Shown in pieces: positions 1 through 14,300 of a stretch of 61,916 nt of DNA; the stretch's first letter is position 1; each line of letters opens with the position of its first letter. The notes beneath the pieces are model-generated. The model made no database searches. It was not told the origin of the DNA and saw only the letters and a list, made by a program, of their open reading frames with translations. The position numbers and the translations under genes are program-made. The stretch is from Enoplolaimus lenunculus (taxonomy: Eukaryota): NCBI GenBank assembly GCA_030248215.1, contig JASANG010000424.1, positions 496,001 to 557,916 on the forward strand, in the 5' to 3' direction.

Positions 1-525
1 CAGGTATATATGTCGTATAACCAAACTGCTATTCAGGCCAATTATTTACTCGGCAAGACCAATTAACTTGCTATGTTTTCTTTTTTACGGGCGTCTATTT
101 TTTAATGGGGCGGTATTATTGTAATAGGGTAGATAGCTTTAGGTTAAACGAGTTTTTGCTTAGGTGTAAGTTTAGAGCTAGGAATGCGCTTTGACAAGTG
201 CTTCTCGCATCAATACTGTAAAGCATAGAGTGTAATTTAAAGTTAGTTAGGGCCTGCATTCTCATATGTGTGTAGCACCTATCAACAGTTTGAGAATATG
301 GGCCTGCACTGCAATGGTATTGACTTAATTGTCCAATCATATTTAATAGCATGGTCAGGTCGGCGACCAACAACCGCTAGGTTAATTTGTAGTTGGACTG
401 AAAGATTTGTGCGAGTCAAAGTTTAAAAAATATCAAAACTTTCACTACTAAAATTGTCATCTTCGTAAAATATTTTACGTTTCACTGGAATGCGATTGAA
501 ATATTTTTGTTTAAAATACAACCAG

Positions 526-3500
526 GTCAAGAGCTGCAAGAACAATATCAGGAACAACAACAAGAACAACAACAACAGCAACAACATCAACAACAAGGAC
601 AACAAGTAGGACAACAACAACAACAACAACCACCACAACACCAAACACCACAAAACCAACAACAGCGAAAGGAAGATGGAATAGCAGACGACAAAGAGAA
701 AACAAAAGCAAGGAAAAAAGTTGAAGAAAAACAAAAACAACGACAACAACAACAAAAACATCATCGACAACAACAACAACGACGACGACGACAACAACGA
801 CAACAACGACGACGACAACGACAACAACGACGACAACAACAACAACAACAACACCGACGACGACAGCAAAAACTCAAAGCTGCAGCGATGACGGAAGACC
901 AATACAAAGAACTGCGTAAAAAAGTTGGATCGTTTGTCAGCCAAGCATCAACAGCGCTGTCGTTGGTCAAAGAGAAAAAAATGCCTCCTTCAAAACATCC
1001 CGCAACCAAGTTTCCTCCACTGCGCTCACCTGTCAGGTCAGCACGATTTCCACGAATTACTCACCATCCGTCACGAATGCTGTACCCGCATCTCAACCTG
1101 CTTTACTGTGGTATACCGAAAAATTGTCATTCACAATTCAAAGGTACCTACTGTAGTGACCCGAGAAGAGGACGGTAATAAAGAGGTCTCCATTTTGAGT
1201 CCCAATCAACATGAGTCCGTATCCCTAATAAGAGTCCGTAAAGTCTATAAATCTCAATTATCCATGATTGTAGTGCATAAATGCCTCCAATAGTCAGAAC
1301 CAAATAAAGTTGACTTCCAAACTTTAAAGCATACTCAAGTTTTTAAAGTATATTCCTAAGTATAACCTTATCGTTAAAGGGCGGAGGAGGATGGGTTAAA
1401 CTAAATAACAGTCCGTAAACCGAATAACAGGGGGGACCCTCCGGAGATGAAAAATAAATATCGGTCCCCCCTCTTACTCGGGCCACCACAGTATCGCAAA
1501 AGAAACTGACTATTTGAGACATTGACTTTGTTCAGAGGCGGATCCAAAAATTTCCCACAGGGAGGGGGGCGGACTGGCAACTGTTATGAAACGCAAAAAT
1601 TGTAAGGTAGGGTACCTTACAATTTTATCAACAAAACATTTTTAAGGGGTAAAATTGTAAGACTTTATCACAAAGAAATTTCTGAGGGCAAAAATTCTAT
1701 TTATTACAAAATTTTTCTGATGGGGAAATTTCTAAGGTAGCGTTTTTATCATTTTATCGCAAGAACAATTCTGACGTGGGGGGGGGCAAAATATATACCC
1801 AGAACAAGCGAGAGTTGCCTTGACGATGAGCATCAAGCTCTTATAGTTGAGCGGTGGTGGTAAACGGGTCCAATCCGAGGGTCCAAGATTCGAATCCTAA
1901 TTTGAAAACTGGCAGTTTTTTAAATATACTCGTTTGGCCAAGAGTTAAATTTTGAAATACATTCGCTTAATCTAACTGCACACCAAAAATTGGTGAGTCA
2001 AATTGACTCTATCCGAAATAGGCTTTACGGGACTACACAAACTAAGTCAAATTCGACTCCGCCAGAGTCAAACTCGACTCACTATAAGTCGCACATTTGA
2101 CTCTGGCGGAGACGAATTAGACTCAGTTTGTGCTGTCCCGTAAAGCCTGTTTCGGAGAGAGTCAATTTGACTCACCATTTTTTACAGTGTATTATTCGGT
2201 TATAAAACTGTTATTTGTTTTGTAACCCAACTCAACGTTTCTCGCTGAATAACAAATTTTACACTAAACTTTAATATTTCGTTAAGGAACCGTTTATGTA
2301 CTCTATAGGCTTCTATGGATTTACACTCAAGGTAGAGTATGCTTCCTTATACATCCTCTTATTTGAATAACTATAGTACGAGTTTTGTTATTTTCTTAGC
2401 TGTATATATTAGGCATTATATTTTTTATGGACCTTCGCTAAATTTCATAGATTTTATGTTTTTAACGTTGTTCCATATGTTTTAACCGCAGTTGCGGCCG
2501 CCTAAAAGGTAAATTAAACCATGTTTTGCTACTAAAGTAGTGACCGAAACAACAACAGGACTTGTGTATATTCCACCAAAACCGGAGGGTCGCCTTGGTA
2601 TTTGGTTCCATGCTGCGATTTAGTTTTCAACCACATTCTGTTATATGTGGCCTCCCGAGTTCCCAATTCTCTAAAAGGCAGAATCACGACAATTCATCGC
2701 TCGACAACTCCTCGACCGAGAACCCGTCTATCGATGTCTCGTAGGCAGTCACAAGATGTAAATCTAAAATTTCATTGATTCGACAATTCGTCGCCCATCA
2801 CTATGTTTAGGTTAGGTTTAGGCTCATGATTATGCTTTGGATATGCTTAGATTTATTAGTTGGCTTTAACAGGACAGTTGATTCAATTCATTGCGAGCTA
2901 ATTAATCAATTAACACAGGGTCAACTCAATTCAGAGTGAGAATCAATTCAACTGTGAGAGTGAGTTAATGTTAATACTGATATTAATTCAAAAATAACCA
3001 ACTAGCAAGCTGAATTGATTATTGAACTCATTGAAATTCACAAAGTATATACATGTTTAATTATGTTATATATTTTTAGCATTGTTCTGTTTGGCGTCAT
3101 GTATAAAAACTAACCATTCGATTCAAACCGTTGAAACTCAACGACAAGTTGTTACAGTCTATACGATTTGCAACCAAAACGGTTCCTTACAGTATCAAGC
3201 ACCAGCAATAAGCAGTAATAAAGAGTAAACAACATAACTGCATTTTTTCTCAAATTATTAACACACCTGGGTCCACGAATGTCCCCACGGGGGCATTGGG
3301 CCCCGTCCCCCCCAAATTTGGCTGGTGCCCACCCCAAATTGACTCGGTGCAAAAGTAAACAATCTTGAGCGGCAAGCGGAGCGTCAAAATTATTCGGTGT
3401 CCTCCAAACATAATTTTCTACGGACACCCCAGCGTCGGTCATCCACGTTATAATGTTTATGCAGATGTAAAAAATGTAACCGCTTTTCTTAGGTCCGTCT

Positions 3501-6500
3501 CACAGTTAATACTCAACTTTGTTCGCGCAATGTTTCATGTGTCCTCAGATCATGTGAAGGCCACGGACACAAACAAAACTCCCTAAAAAGCCATCTTGAT
3601 TTGTCACAACATTCACTGACAGTACTCAATGTGTTTTTTCGCATGGTCTCTCGGATCGACTTCAAAAAAAGTATTTAATAAAATAATAACATGCAGTAAT
3701 TGTGCTGGAAATATGCGTAAAAGTATTTATATTTTGTTTCAAATTCATCCACTTTGTCAAACGAGTGTCGCTACTGTCCCGACATCTTTTCGAGCTACTC
3801 TGGACAAGGAGTAAGGCATGAAGCACACTCTTTGCACGGTATCTATTGTTAGGTTACAACTCTGCCTTGTGTCTTAGTTGAATTGAAGAGGTTGAACAAT
3901 TTGTTTTTCTTGATCCGCATAGTCATTATAACGTGGATGATCCAGAACGATGGATCCAGCATTTTCTCGGTAATAACTAGAATGAGGACTCGAGCACCCT
4001 ATAACAGAGTCAATCAGTATTGCTTGTTAATCTTGGCTTCAATGCAAATAGGATTGCGACAATTAAACACGTTTCATTAAACTTTATATTCAACTATTTG
4101 AGCGTCTACATATATGCTTTTGGTTCTGTTTGTATAGTCTAAAATCACCGTATGCTCAAATTTTTTGCCGAGTTCCGCTGTAAAACGGGTACCGAATACC
4201 AGGTTGCAAGCGGAGTTCGGCATCCGGCTTTTGCATTGGATGAATATTTTATAGGAAGATCCGACAATTTTAGCAATGTAATTTTTTGTATTTTTTTAAA
4301 ACAAGTTGTTTACGTTCAGTGAGTTTGTAAATTTTGGACAATGTTTAACAGTCAAAGCGATCATTTGTGACATCACTTTTAATACTAAGGATGGTTTACA
4401 GGTTAATTGAAACCAGAACGTTTAAAAAAACTGGGTCCTGTTTACTTAGGCTTTAGCCATATGTATAGCATTGTCCTTGCGCCAAGACTTTTAGGCATAA
4501 GAATCCACAAAATACATTGTTAGTCTTGGTTCAGGCTAATAATTAGGTTTTATGCCTACGTTTAGGCTTTAGAATACGATATAAAGGTCGTGAAAATAAA
4601 ACTGTATTATATTTTATTATACGCTGTCTTCAGGTTGATTAAAATATGGACATCAAAAGAATGGCTTAAATTTGCCGTCATTCGCGATCCAATCAGACGG
4701 TATTTGTCAGCGTTTTTGGATATTTGCAAACGTCATTGCAATATTCGCCGAGTTCACTACCATGTCCGTATGGTCAGCCGACGTATCGTTAAGCTGAGTA
4801 AATTGCGTAATGAACACCGATTGATTCAAGATTTAATGATAAAGACAAAAACTCATTTTTACCCGCAAGCATGGTACTGTGAATTTGATCCGGCAAAAAA
4901 TCATCACAATTTTACACTGATTACCTACAGCAAAAGTGATAGCTTTAAGCTTCAAGTCAGAAAACTTTTAGCCGACTGGGGCCTGCCTTACAATGCGATT
5001 TACTCTGGATGGTCTGAAAACGGGTACGTTTGTTTTTTAATGCATTTTATGGCCCATGTATATATAGAACCGGGCCGAAACAGTAGTATAAGCATATTTC
5101 TAAGCTTAAGCCTAAGTGTAAGCGTATGGATGAGGCTATTTCTTAAAGCCTAAGCGTATGGATGAGCCTATTCCTAAGCCTAAGCGTATGGATGAGCCTA
5201 TTCCTAAGCCTAAGCCTAGCGTATGGATTAGCCTATTCCTGAGCCTAAGCAAAAAAATTAGTCTAAAGTTTAAACTGACTCGATTATAGCCCCTCCGGGA
5301 AACGATCCGACCCTGTTCAATACATGGACACATTTCGTCAAACGTTTTTAACTTTGAAAATACATATAAGTGCACAAATGAACCATTGGGTAGTGTAAAA
5401 ATATGGTTGAGCGGTTCACACAATCTGTGTATAAAATCGTATTTTGTAATGAGTTTTGGATGCTAAACTCGGAGTTTTGCGAAGCGTTTTATGTTTTGTA
5501 TACTCGTGGTTCAAAAGTTGACCGTACGCCTTGCCTTGCAACGAGGATCTCAGGAACCAGTAAACGAATTTTGATAAACTTTTTTGTTTCAAAGCATATG
5601 ACCCTGGGGTGTCAGGTTAGCATTACGGCATAAAATTTCGAAGCTATTTATATTACCTACAATCTAATTTGCACGCGATTGGTTAAGCCTAAATTAAGAC
5701 TTCTTGCATTATTTTACTTATTGTTAGTGTTAATACAAGATATCGTATTCCAGCACTGAATGGTTTTTGGGGCGAATAATCTGAATAAATCGTTTTTAAA
5801 CCTTCAAAACAGTTAATAAATGAGTAGAGTTACAAACTAATTAACATTATTAGCTATGCCAACTATATCTGACATTTGAGTTGGGAATTATCAAAGCGTT
5901 TGTGTGCTGTTGGCTTTAGGGGTTTCGAGCATGAAAAATTTAAATATAGCGTTTAGAAATTGGGGCACTTAAAATAGTTACCTACAATCTAATAGCGTAC
6001 TACATTCGCCAATTTTATAATCTCTGGAGAGGCAAAATATATCAGTCCCCACACATATTCGGGTCACTACATCCGGGGTTCACGTTATAACCGGGGCAGG
6101 CGGGACACGGCTTGTCCCATGTTGATTTGACGTCAACGTTAAAATTTGAGTAAACTCGAATGTCATATGACATTTACTTACAAACCACCACTCTCAGAAC
6201 ATCAATGTGTACAAGAGTCGGTATGTCACGTGATACTGAGGGACATTTATGCGAACATGATATGATATTCCAAATTTCAACGAATATCATTGATATTCAG
6301 CGGGACAGTGTAACCTTTGGATACTAATAAATGAATGAAAAGCTGTACGGTAGCGGCACAAATGTGCTTTAAATACCAAATACACGCCTGCAAATCGTTT
6401 CCGACGCAAAATCGCTTAAAACCACAGCTTCATAATTCAAAAATTCAAATTTCAAATTCTAGTACATGATTTTGAACAGGACAATTTGGGTATGCTACCT

Positions 6501-7614
6501 CAAATATGCAGACATTTGAAAATATATGATGATGTTCGGAGACAATACCTCGAACATCATGCGATATTGAAGAACAAAAGGTGACCCACACATGTTAACA
6601 GCAGACAAATACGAATTTTTGAATGCGATAAAGTATCTATATGCAGACAAAACTTTTCCAATAGTCTGAGGACAACACGTGTCCCAAGCGGCTCGGTTAT
6701 AACGTGAACCCCGCAACAGTATTTCAAAATTACGGAATACACACCTGCAAATTCGTTTCGGTCACAAAATCGCTTAGAACCACAGCGTCATAATTCAAAA
6801 ATTAAAATTTCAAATTGTAGATATTATATTCAACAGGACAATTTGGGTAGGTATGTTTCCTTTTAAGTATATATGCAGACATTTGAAAATATATACATTG
6901 CAAAAAATGGTGAGTCAAATTGACTCTGTCTGATATAGGCTAGGTATTCGGTACTACACAAATTGAGTCAAATTCGACTCAGCCTTAGTCAAATTCGACT
7001 CACTGAGCTAGTACTAGGGTGAGTCGACTTTGACTCTGGCGGAGTCGAGTTTGACTGTTTGTGTGGTCCAGAAAAGCCTATTTCGGAGAGAGTCAATTTG
7101 ACTCACCATTTTTTATAGTGTGTATATAGGCGTTTGAATTTTCCACTTTTCCCAGCCGGACTTGTGATTTTTCCTACCAAACCAGCTGTAACCCAACCGG
7201 CATACAAAGTGGCTGCATTATATATACTCCTGTACGTAAGTTTCCCGCCCGGAAAAACTTAAAGGACATTTTTGCTATACAGCGGCTCCAACCTTCGAAC
7301 TAAACATTGGCTAATACGATGTAGCACATTCAGAAAACGAATTTTGAAATTAGACCGTTTTTTCCGCTCGATTCAACTTTTTAGGAAAAAACCAACCCAT
7401 GCTTTTCTTGAAGTTTAACTTGATTTTGAATATTTTTTCCTTTTTAAGAACTATGCCATTTCTGGAAATGTCAACTCCGCACGTGATTCCTGAAACGGCA
7501 GAAAAAATTCTTTTGTATGAAATATTAAAACGTAAAAGAACGCTGAGTATTTTGTATAAAATGTACTCGATTGATTATCAGTATTTTGGATTTGATTCAC
7601 ACTATTTTATATAA
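526..7614 (+). CDS. Carbohydrate sulfotransferase, Sulfotransfer_2 (PF03567-like) family; 5'-partial; exons 526-1143, 3080-3224, 4634-5023, 7449-7614
   Basis: Four exons join in phase through GT-AG sites. 5'-PAPS motif LLYCGIPKNCHSQFK, 3'-PAPS motif KFAVIRDPIRRYLSAFLDIC, HFYPQAWYC, and C-terminal LYKMYSIDYQYFGF. A long Q/R-rich stem precedes the domain; the TM/start exon is presumably upstream (the window opens with CAG|GTATAT, a possible donor). Confidence 0.85.
535..868 (+). repeat. Coding (CAA)n/(CGA)n trinucleotide tracts encoding poly-Gln and Gln/Arg blocks
   Basis: Runs of CAA and CGA directly visible; reading frame stays open. Confidence 0.9.
1979..2189. mobile_element. MITE family A (~160-220 bp, almost fully palindromic, CACTG...CAGTG ends, often TA-flanked; CMC/EnSpm-like non-autonomous), copy 1
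   Basis: TIR CACTGCAAAAAATGGTGAGTCAAATTGACTCTCTCCGAAATAGGCT; further copies at 6896-7120, 7723-7930, 38680-38889, 42247-42407, 42476-42694, 46248-46456, 49831-49998. Superfamily assignment is inference from termini. Confidence 0.85.
5051..5329. mobile_element. MITE with internal degenerate GCCTAA/TTAGGC (nematode-telomere-like) repeats
   Basis: Ends GGCCCATGTA..TAGAACCGGGCCG / CCGACCCTGTTCAATACATGG are inverted; interior has CCTAAG repeats. Related copies or fragments at ~8085-8165, 21280-21329, 48445-48620, 50559-50720, 52780-52910, 53390-53515. Confidence 0.7.
6074..6713. mobile_element. Non-autonomous DNA transposon, ~640 bp, with ~20-bp perfect TIR
   Basis: CGGGGTTCACGTTATAACCG at 6074 and its reverse complement ending at 6713; part of the interior (~6375-6530) is duplicated again at ~6735-6895. 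Confidence 0.7.
6896..7120. mobile_element. MITE family A copy
   Basis: Same TIRs as 1979-2189. Confidence 0.85.
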
Positions 7615-7722
7615 ACATATTGTCTAAAAATAACACACCTTTTTTAAATTTTAGATCTAAGTATACTACGAAATACTACCGAATGACTGCATCCAGTTTC
7701 TCTTTAATCGTATGTTACTATA

Positions 7723-7930
7723 CACTGCAAAAAATGGTGAGTCAAATTGACGCTCTCCGAAATAGGCTCTAGGGAACTCTACAAATTAAAGTCAAATTCG
7801 ACACCGCCAGAGTCAGACGTACGACTCAGTGAGTCGAATTTGACTCTAGCGGAGTCGAATTTGACTCAATTTGTGTAGTCAGAAAAAGCCTATTTCGGAG
7901 AGTCAATTTGACCCACCATTCTTGCCAATG
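7723..7930. mobile_element. MITE family A copy
   Basis: Same TIRs; TA on both flanks. Confidence 0.85.
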
Positions 7931-10900
7931 TATATAGGCGTTTACTTTTCCCGTGGGACACCAAGGTGTATATAGGTACCAAAGAGCAACCGGAGAAAAA
8001 ATTACGGAGCCGGAGGTAAACAAGTTTGAAGGAGCTGAAGGTCAACAAGTTTTCCCTGAGCCGGAATTTAAACTTTTTTGTCCGGCTTTTAGGCTTAGGA
8101 ATATGCTCATTACCCTTCTAGGAATATGCTTATAAATACGGTTCTGCCCCTGATGTTTACATTGGCCCTTACGCTTAATGACTGTTGTATGTTTTACGAT
8201 CGGCTCATCTTCTGCAAAAACTGTACCGAAGTTAGAGAACAATAGCTATACCAGATCCATCCTATGGTTGGAAGCAGGGCGCAACCGGAATTACGGTTCC
8301 GATCGGGAAATAAGGTATTTTTCACTATCCGCTTCCGGCAAAAAAATCCGGTATTGAAATTTTGCTCATTCGAAAATTTAACAAAAATTGATATATTATC
8401 GTAACTGACGTTCTAAAATTGTCTGAGCGTACATTGCCAAAATTTTTAATTTGTCATACTTTTTAATTGACCATATTTCATGATTTTGGCACCCTAAATG
8501 ATGTATTTGCACCGTTAAAAGCGAATTTATCGGTAACAAGAATTTTCTATTTTCCGGTGTTTTTTAGCTTTCCGGGTCCGGTGGAAAACCGCATAAAACT
8601 AGCAGGCATGCAGTAGTTTCAAACACTATATGACTATAAACGGAAGCTCACAGCTTCAAAAAATTTATACTCAAATCGCTCCTTAGTAACCAGCTACAAA
8701 CTACGTTTAATCACAACTGAGCACAGGCAATATTTGCATTCTGAAAGCGTTTTAGCTAGCACATCTAACAGCCAGTGACGTCAGCAAACTGTAAGCAAAC
8801 TAAAGTTCACTTTTAAATGAATTAAAATACGTTACGTCACCAACGGTTGATAAAGTGCAACAAAAGTTGATAATGTACGACCCAATATTCGTCAATAAGT
8901 AAACAAACACAGGTATGCAATACAGCGCAATACCTACGTAAGCAGTGTCTATACTGCTCATTACTGCTACACCCAAATAAGAATACGATGCCTAAAAACG
9001 TTAATACAGCTTAAATTAAGCGAACTCGTCAGTCTATGTATATAGTCAGCTATTAACCTTGCGCCTAAAATCGAGAAACAATTGAACCATAAAAGCATGA
9101 TGGGTTGGATCGACAACCGTCAACATTCGTAAAACAGGAAATTGCAAAAAAAGTGGGCCGAGTCAATATCATAAAATACTGACAGTCTCGCGAATGCTTT
9201 CGTTGATGTTTCCACGTCACACTGGATAACGTACCAACAAAGAGAAAGCAAGCAAACAGCTTTAATCAAACCAATACAGTAATGCGGCAGATAGAATAAA
9301 CTGCACATACGACTAATCGTAAAACCGCTTCATAATATGAACACCAAAGTTGAAACCGGGATACCACATGTAGTAAATAGCCCGCATCGCAAGAATAGTA
9401 ATCTCATTAAACCGTAACCTGCTTTTGATTAAGTCAGCAATGTATTAGTGGTACTGCAGGCACATACCAAACATTTATGACATATCAAAACGTGTTTTTT
9501 GCAGTCATTGCGAAATATTGTCCACAAAAGACATTTGAAACCTATGGAATTCGACTCGTACTGACACACAGCGGGTCATACGAATTAGCTTCTTGACCTG
9601 TGACCCCGATCGCTCGCTCAAAGTCTATTAAAATTAGACCCTGCGACAAACGACCCCCTTCCAAATCTGAAATACACCACTTAGCTACACTTCATTTTAA
9701 TTTAAACTCATTCCAAACATCCTAGAACATTTCACACACAATAGCTAGCTGCAATAAACACAGCACTATATCCAGAGTGGAACTTTACCCGCGGGTAAAC
9801 GCGTGTCGGTTACGATATTTCGGCCGCGCGTACACCCGCGAGTAAGGATTTGTATCACGCGGGTAAAAAAATTGACAACCCACTCCAAACCTTTAACAGT
9901 TAAGGCATAACAGATACGCTGTTAACTAAGCTACTCAGTCAGCGTTGAAAAAGCAAAAGTTATGTTCTTTATTTGCTTAAATTCGGAATTTTGGTTTTTT
10001 CTAGTAAGCTTTCACGTGTAAAAGCTTTTACGTGTAAAATTTATTGGAGTGATAAACACAAAACTTCATTAGTGCAAATCACTAGCGATCTTTAAAATAC
10101 TGGTTTAACTTCAGGTACTGTAATAGGTGGATCGTGGGTAGATCTTTTTAGCGTGAATAAACTCGCGGATATAAAAATCCTTATTTGCCTAGGTAAAGCG
10201 AGTGTCGTGTAAAATAATCCTTACCCACATCCCACTCTTACTATATCTCGGATTGCTAAATGCTGTATACACTGATGCCTGAAACTAAAACATGAGCTTT
10301 CTCTTACCATATCTATTCCGATTTACTAACCAGTTTAATAAATATAAAATTTCAAATCGGAAACCTTTTCTCTCACTTATCATGTAAATTGTTATCTGTT
10401 TATTTGTAAAAAGTCAAAAAAATCACGTTCGCTTGATTTGAATAACGAGCTTGAAGCCGAAACAGAATTTCATGTGGTATCACGCCAACCAACTATGTAT
10501 TAATAACTCACTTTAAAATTGAAAACATTAAACGAAAAGACAGTTATAACATATATATATGTATACATATGGCAAAGCCAAAGTCATTGCACGATAAATA
10601 ACACTGTATTATATTTTAAACACGAGCCGCAAATATGACCAAATTCTTTGAGAAATCTTCCTAACAATTTCAATCGATTTCAGATCAAAAGGAGTAGCAA
10701 ACCACTTGAATTGCAACAAAAGATTTACAATTAAATTTTAGCCGCGTCGGCCAAAACATAGTATGACATTAGGTCCAATGCCAAACATTATTATTAGTGT
10801 GTTGATTCAAGTATCATTTGCGAATTTTCTCCTACCGTAAATTTGAAATGAAAGCATTGACACTAATAAGATTTCAGAATAACAAGAAACAAAGCATTGA

Positions 10901-11359
10901 AATAAGGAGCGAATATTAGAAAAAGGGACAGATTTTAAAAATTGTAAGAGCACCCACTATATCGCGGAAAGATACTGTCTGTGATAATATTACTGAACGG
11001 TACATACATGCCATGCGCTTCATATAACGTGAAAACAGTCTCATTCTGCGACTCGACGCAAACAGCGTCATTGTATTAACGTTATAATAGTAATTATTTT
11101 TCACGTATATACGTACAGAGGAGCATTTTTCATTCTGAAGGAATAACACTACAACCACTACGATAATCTGAATTTGAAAACGGTCTAACACAGTAACCTA
11201 GCTTATTGATTTTATTGGACGTATACACCAACTTTATCTACCACACAGTCAACGCAGTAGACCAACTCAAACACAAACAAATAAATAAATAATAATAACA
11301 GTAATAATACATTAATAACGGGCCTTGTGATTCCCAGCTTTGAACCGACGTCAACGCTT

Positions 11360-14300
11360 TCACCAAGCAGCTCCGCTACTCGTAATACTCGCCACATCAG
11401 AGTCAGACGCAACAACAAATTCAACAACGGAATGGTTGTCACTGAAGTTGCTTGTATCTTCGCTGACAACCGACAAAATATCGCTGCAATAACATACTTC
11501 ACCCACACAACTGTTGTTGTTTTTATCCACATTCACGCGGGATAAGCTGAAACAAACCAGTATATCATTTCGAATCAAGTGACAATTACTGTAAACATAC
11601 ATGCGTATAACAGGCGATAACCGTATTAAAGATGATACTGGCGCCGGAAATCACATTATTTAGTTGAGGCCGAGATTAAAGACGGGCAATACCAGATTAT
11701 ATATAACGTTTTGATTAGATTTGGTGCCATTTTGTTGAATGCAGTACAGCACTCGAATTACCTGCGGCAACCGAATGACGTACAAACATGGAACATCGCT
11801 AACAAAACATTGCTACCAATTAATTGAAACAAATCCAAAGGGGTTCGACCGGAAGTTCCGCTTGGAGTCCCAGGTTCATGATTACGAAACGGAGTCGAAA
11901 CTTAACAAACGCAAAAACCTTCTCATCAACTTACCCGTCAATCAAACTGAAACCGAAACACTCCATCGTTTTCATCGCTGCATCTCTTATAGCTCGTTCA
12001 CTACCATTTCCGTACGCTTCCTTTCGGTTACACACCGGGTAAACCACAGAATTCGGACGACGCGGCGGTTCGTGAACACTTTTTTCAGTTTCGTCACCCC
12101 CAGCTAGAAGCATTTGATATTGTTTCCTACAACAAAATCACATGGTCATTGATAGATACACTTTATTAGTCATAGCTGCGGTGTGAGTACAATCCACAAA
12201 GGAAGTTTAAAGTGACGCTCTCACTAATTCGTTTTACATATCAGCGTTGGGATGCCCCACTAGACCTCAACCTTTCCACCCATGAGTGCCGCTTCCCCGA
12301 TTCAGGTTTAATAAGTGCTCCCGGTTTAACCAAACCGTCCACCACATACATGAGCACCAGTTGAACGATATAACACGAGCGAAGCTAACGAAAAAACAAC
12401 GAAATTTTATCAATCCTAGTACACAATCATTGTACAGTGACAACTTTCGTTACTTGCATTTGGTCATAACTACTCACACATCTGGCACTACGGACCACAG
12501 TTCGTATTCAAAATCGGTGAAATTGAGCGAACGGAGTCATTATGTTTCTCCTTACCTGCTGACACTACTCGTTTACCCCCAAACCATAACTTAATTTATA
12601 CCCCCAAACCATAACTAAATTTACCATTCAGCCGAACCGCAAACATAAACAACATCTGGACGTTCGAATCCATTGAAATTGGAATAAGCTGCAATTGTGT
12701 ACGCTCCCATGTTCGGAAATACCACCCAGTCTCCTGCAGCGAGCACAGGAAGTCTTGTCTGCGGCATTATACAATCGAAACTATCACAAGTTGGACCCCA
12801 AATGCTGCACAGTTTCCAATCGTTTACGCTTTGCGTCTGAAAGTGACAAAATATTAGTACCCGGATAGATACGTTCTGCTGTTTATAGCAAGGTATTCCT
12901 GATTGTCAGCTGTCCAGCACCTAGCAAAACAGGTTCATGATGTAATACTAACCAGAGGCGAAACTAAAGTGTTGACAATACTGAAATTAACAAATCTAAC
13001 ACCTGTCGTGAGTTATAAGAAAGCAATCATCTGTTACTTTAGTGGCCAGTGCAATGTCCACAATAGCGTACACTGATAACCCGGAAGCGACACACGTCGA
13101 AATTTTTCCTATCATATCTTTGACGGTTACCCCAAACAAACAATAAAAAAAGCACATATATACCTTATCCATTGCATATCCTTTTGGAATGACATGGTCG
13201 TACAAAACACAATTGAACGAACCGTAAACTCCATCGTTTAAATAATACATAAATCCGGCTTCGTCCGCGCCAGCATCTAAAGCAGATACACAAAAGACAG
13301 TGCGTACATCTATTATTTAAGACTATCTAACAATAAATAACGTAATGTAAGGCGATTGGACACGTATTTTAGACCAGGGTACAAACGGGATTCCGATTCC
13401 AATTCAAATCCATCTGCAATCATTTGCGAAATTTAACGATAGTTGTGATATATTTCACAACAATCGGTGTTTTTACATGAATTCAGGGTCGTTTGACACC
13501 CTACTTCAGACATGTTCATACGTGCTGTGTAATATTTTAAAAATTGTTGTACGTGTTTCACCGTTGCAAATGTGCACGTTCCTATACCAAGTTAAGGATC
13601 TGGGCGACCAATAAATGCTATTAATTTCGAGCATATGTTACTACCGTATACGCAAGCATAATTAACTTTATCAGGATTCAGTATTACTTCACTTTCAATC
13701 CATTAAATAACGTGTTTCCTGCAAAAATTATTGCGGCCATGAACAAGTTCTTCAGAGTATAATGCATGTATTCACGAGAGGGTCCGCATGAGAGTAAGTT
13801 TAAAAGTAATCGGAAAACCGAAAATGTAGTTGTTTATACCGGAACGGATTATATTTAATTTCTGAGAGCGACACAGCGAAGAAACCAAACTCCAACTACG
13901 AATATTTTTTTACATACAATCACTTCCTGTTTTTAATATACCTTTATCAATCTGCTGTGCGTCTACTTGTTTTACACTAGTTACATTAGTGCACAGCGTA
14001 TACGCAGCGGCTGAAAAAAACCGTCCAGGCTCAGCGATAATTTCCAGCCCAGCTGTTGTATCTGGAAAATATTCGTTCAGAGCTACATTGATAACATGCG
14101 CGATCGCTTCGAACGTGATATCGGCGCTGGCGAATCCCGGATACCCTCCGCCCAAATCAAGCAATGTCATCGCGTGCCCGAGTTCAATTCCTTTATCGAA
14201 CAGACGGCGCGCATGCTCAATGGCAATTGCAAACGCACTTGCATCACGGCAACCGGAACCAACATGAAAGCTAAAACCATCAGCCATGTTCTGAACAGTA

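Noticed and set aside
423..1009. Poly-Leu/Val/Cys ORFs on the minus strand (also 30367-30998)
   Set aside because: Antisense shadows of coding trinucleotide repeats.
1840..1900. tRNA gene candidate with B-box-like GATTCGAATCC
   Set aside because: No convincing acceptor or anticodon stems; at most a decayed tRNA-derived fragment.
12790..12803. Apparent frameshift at the WGPTCD motif of ODC
   Set aside because: Re-reading shows four G on the minus strand (ATT TGG GGT CCA), so the frame is intact.
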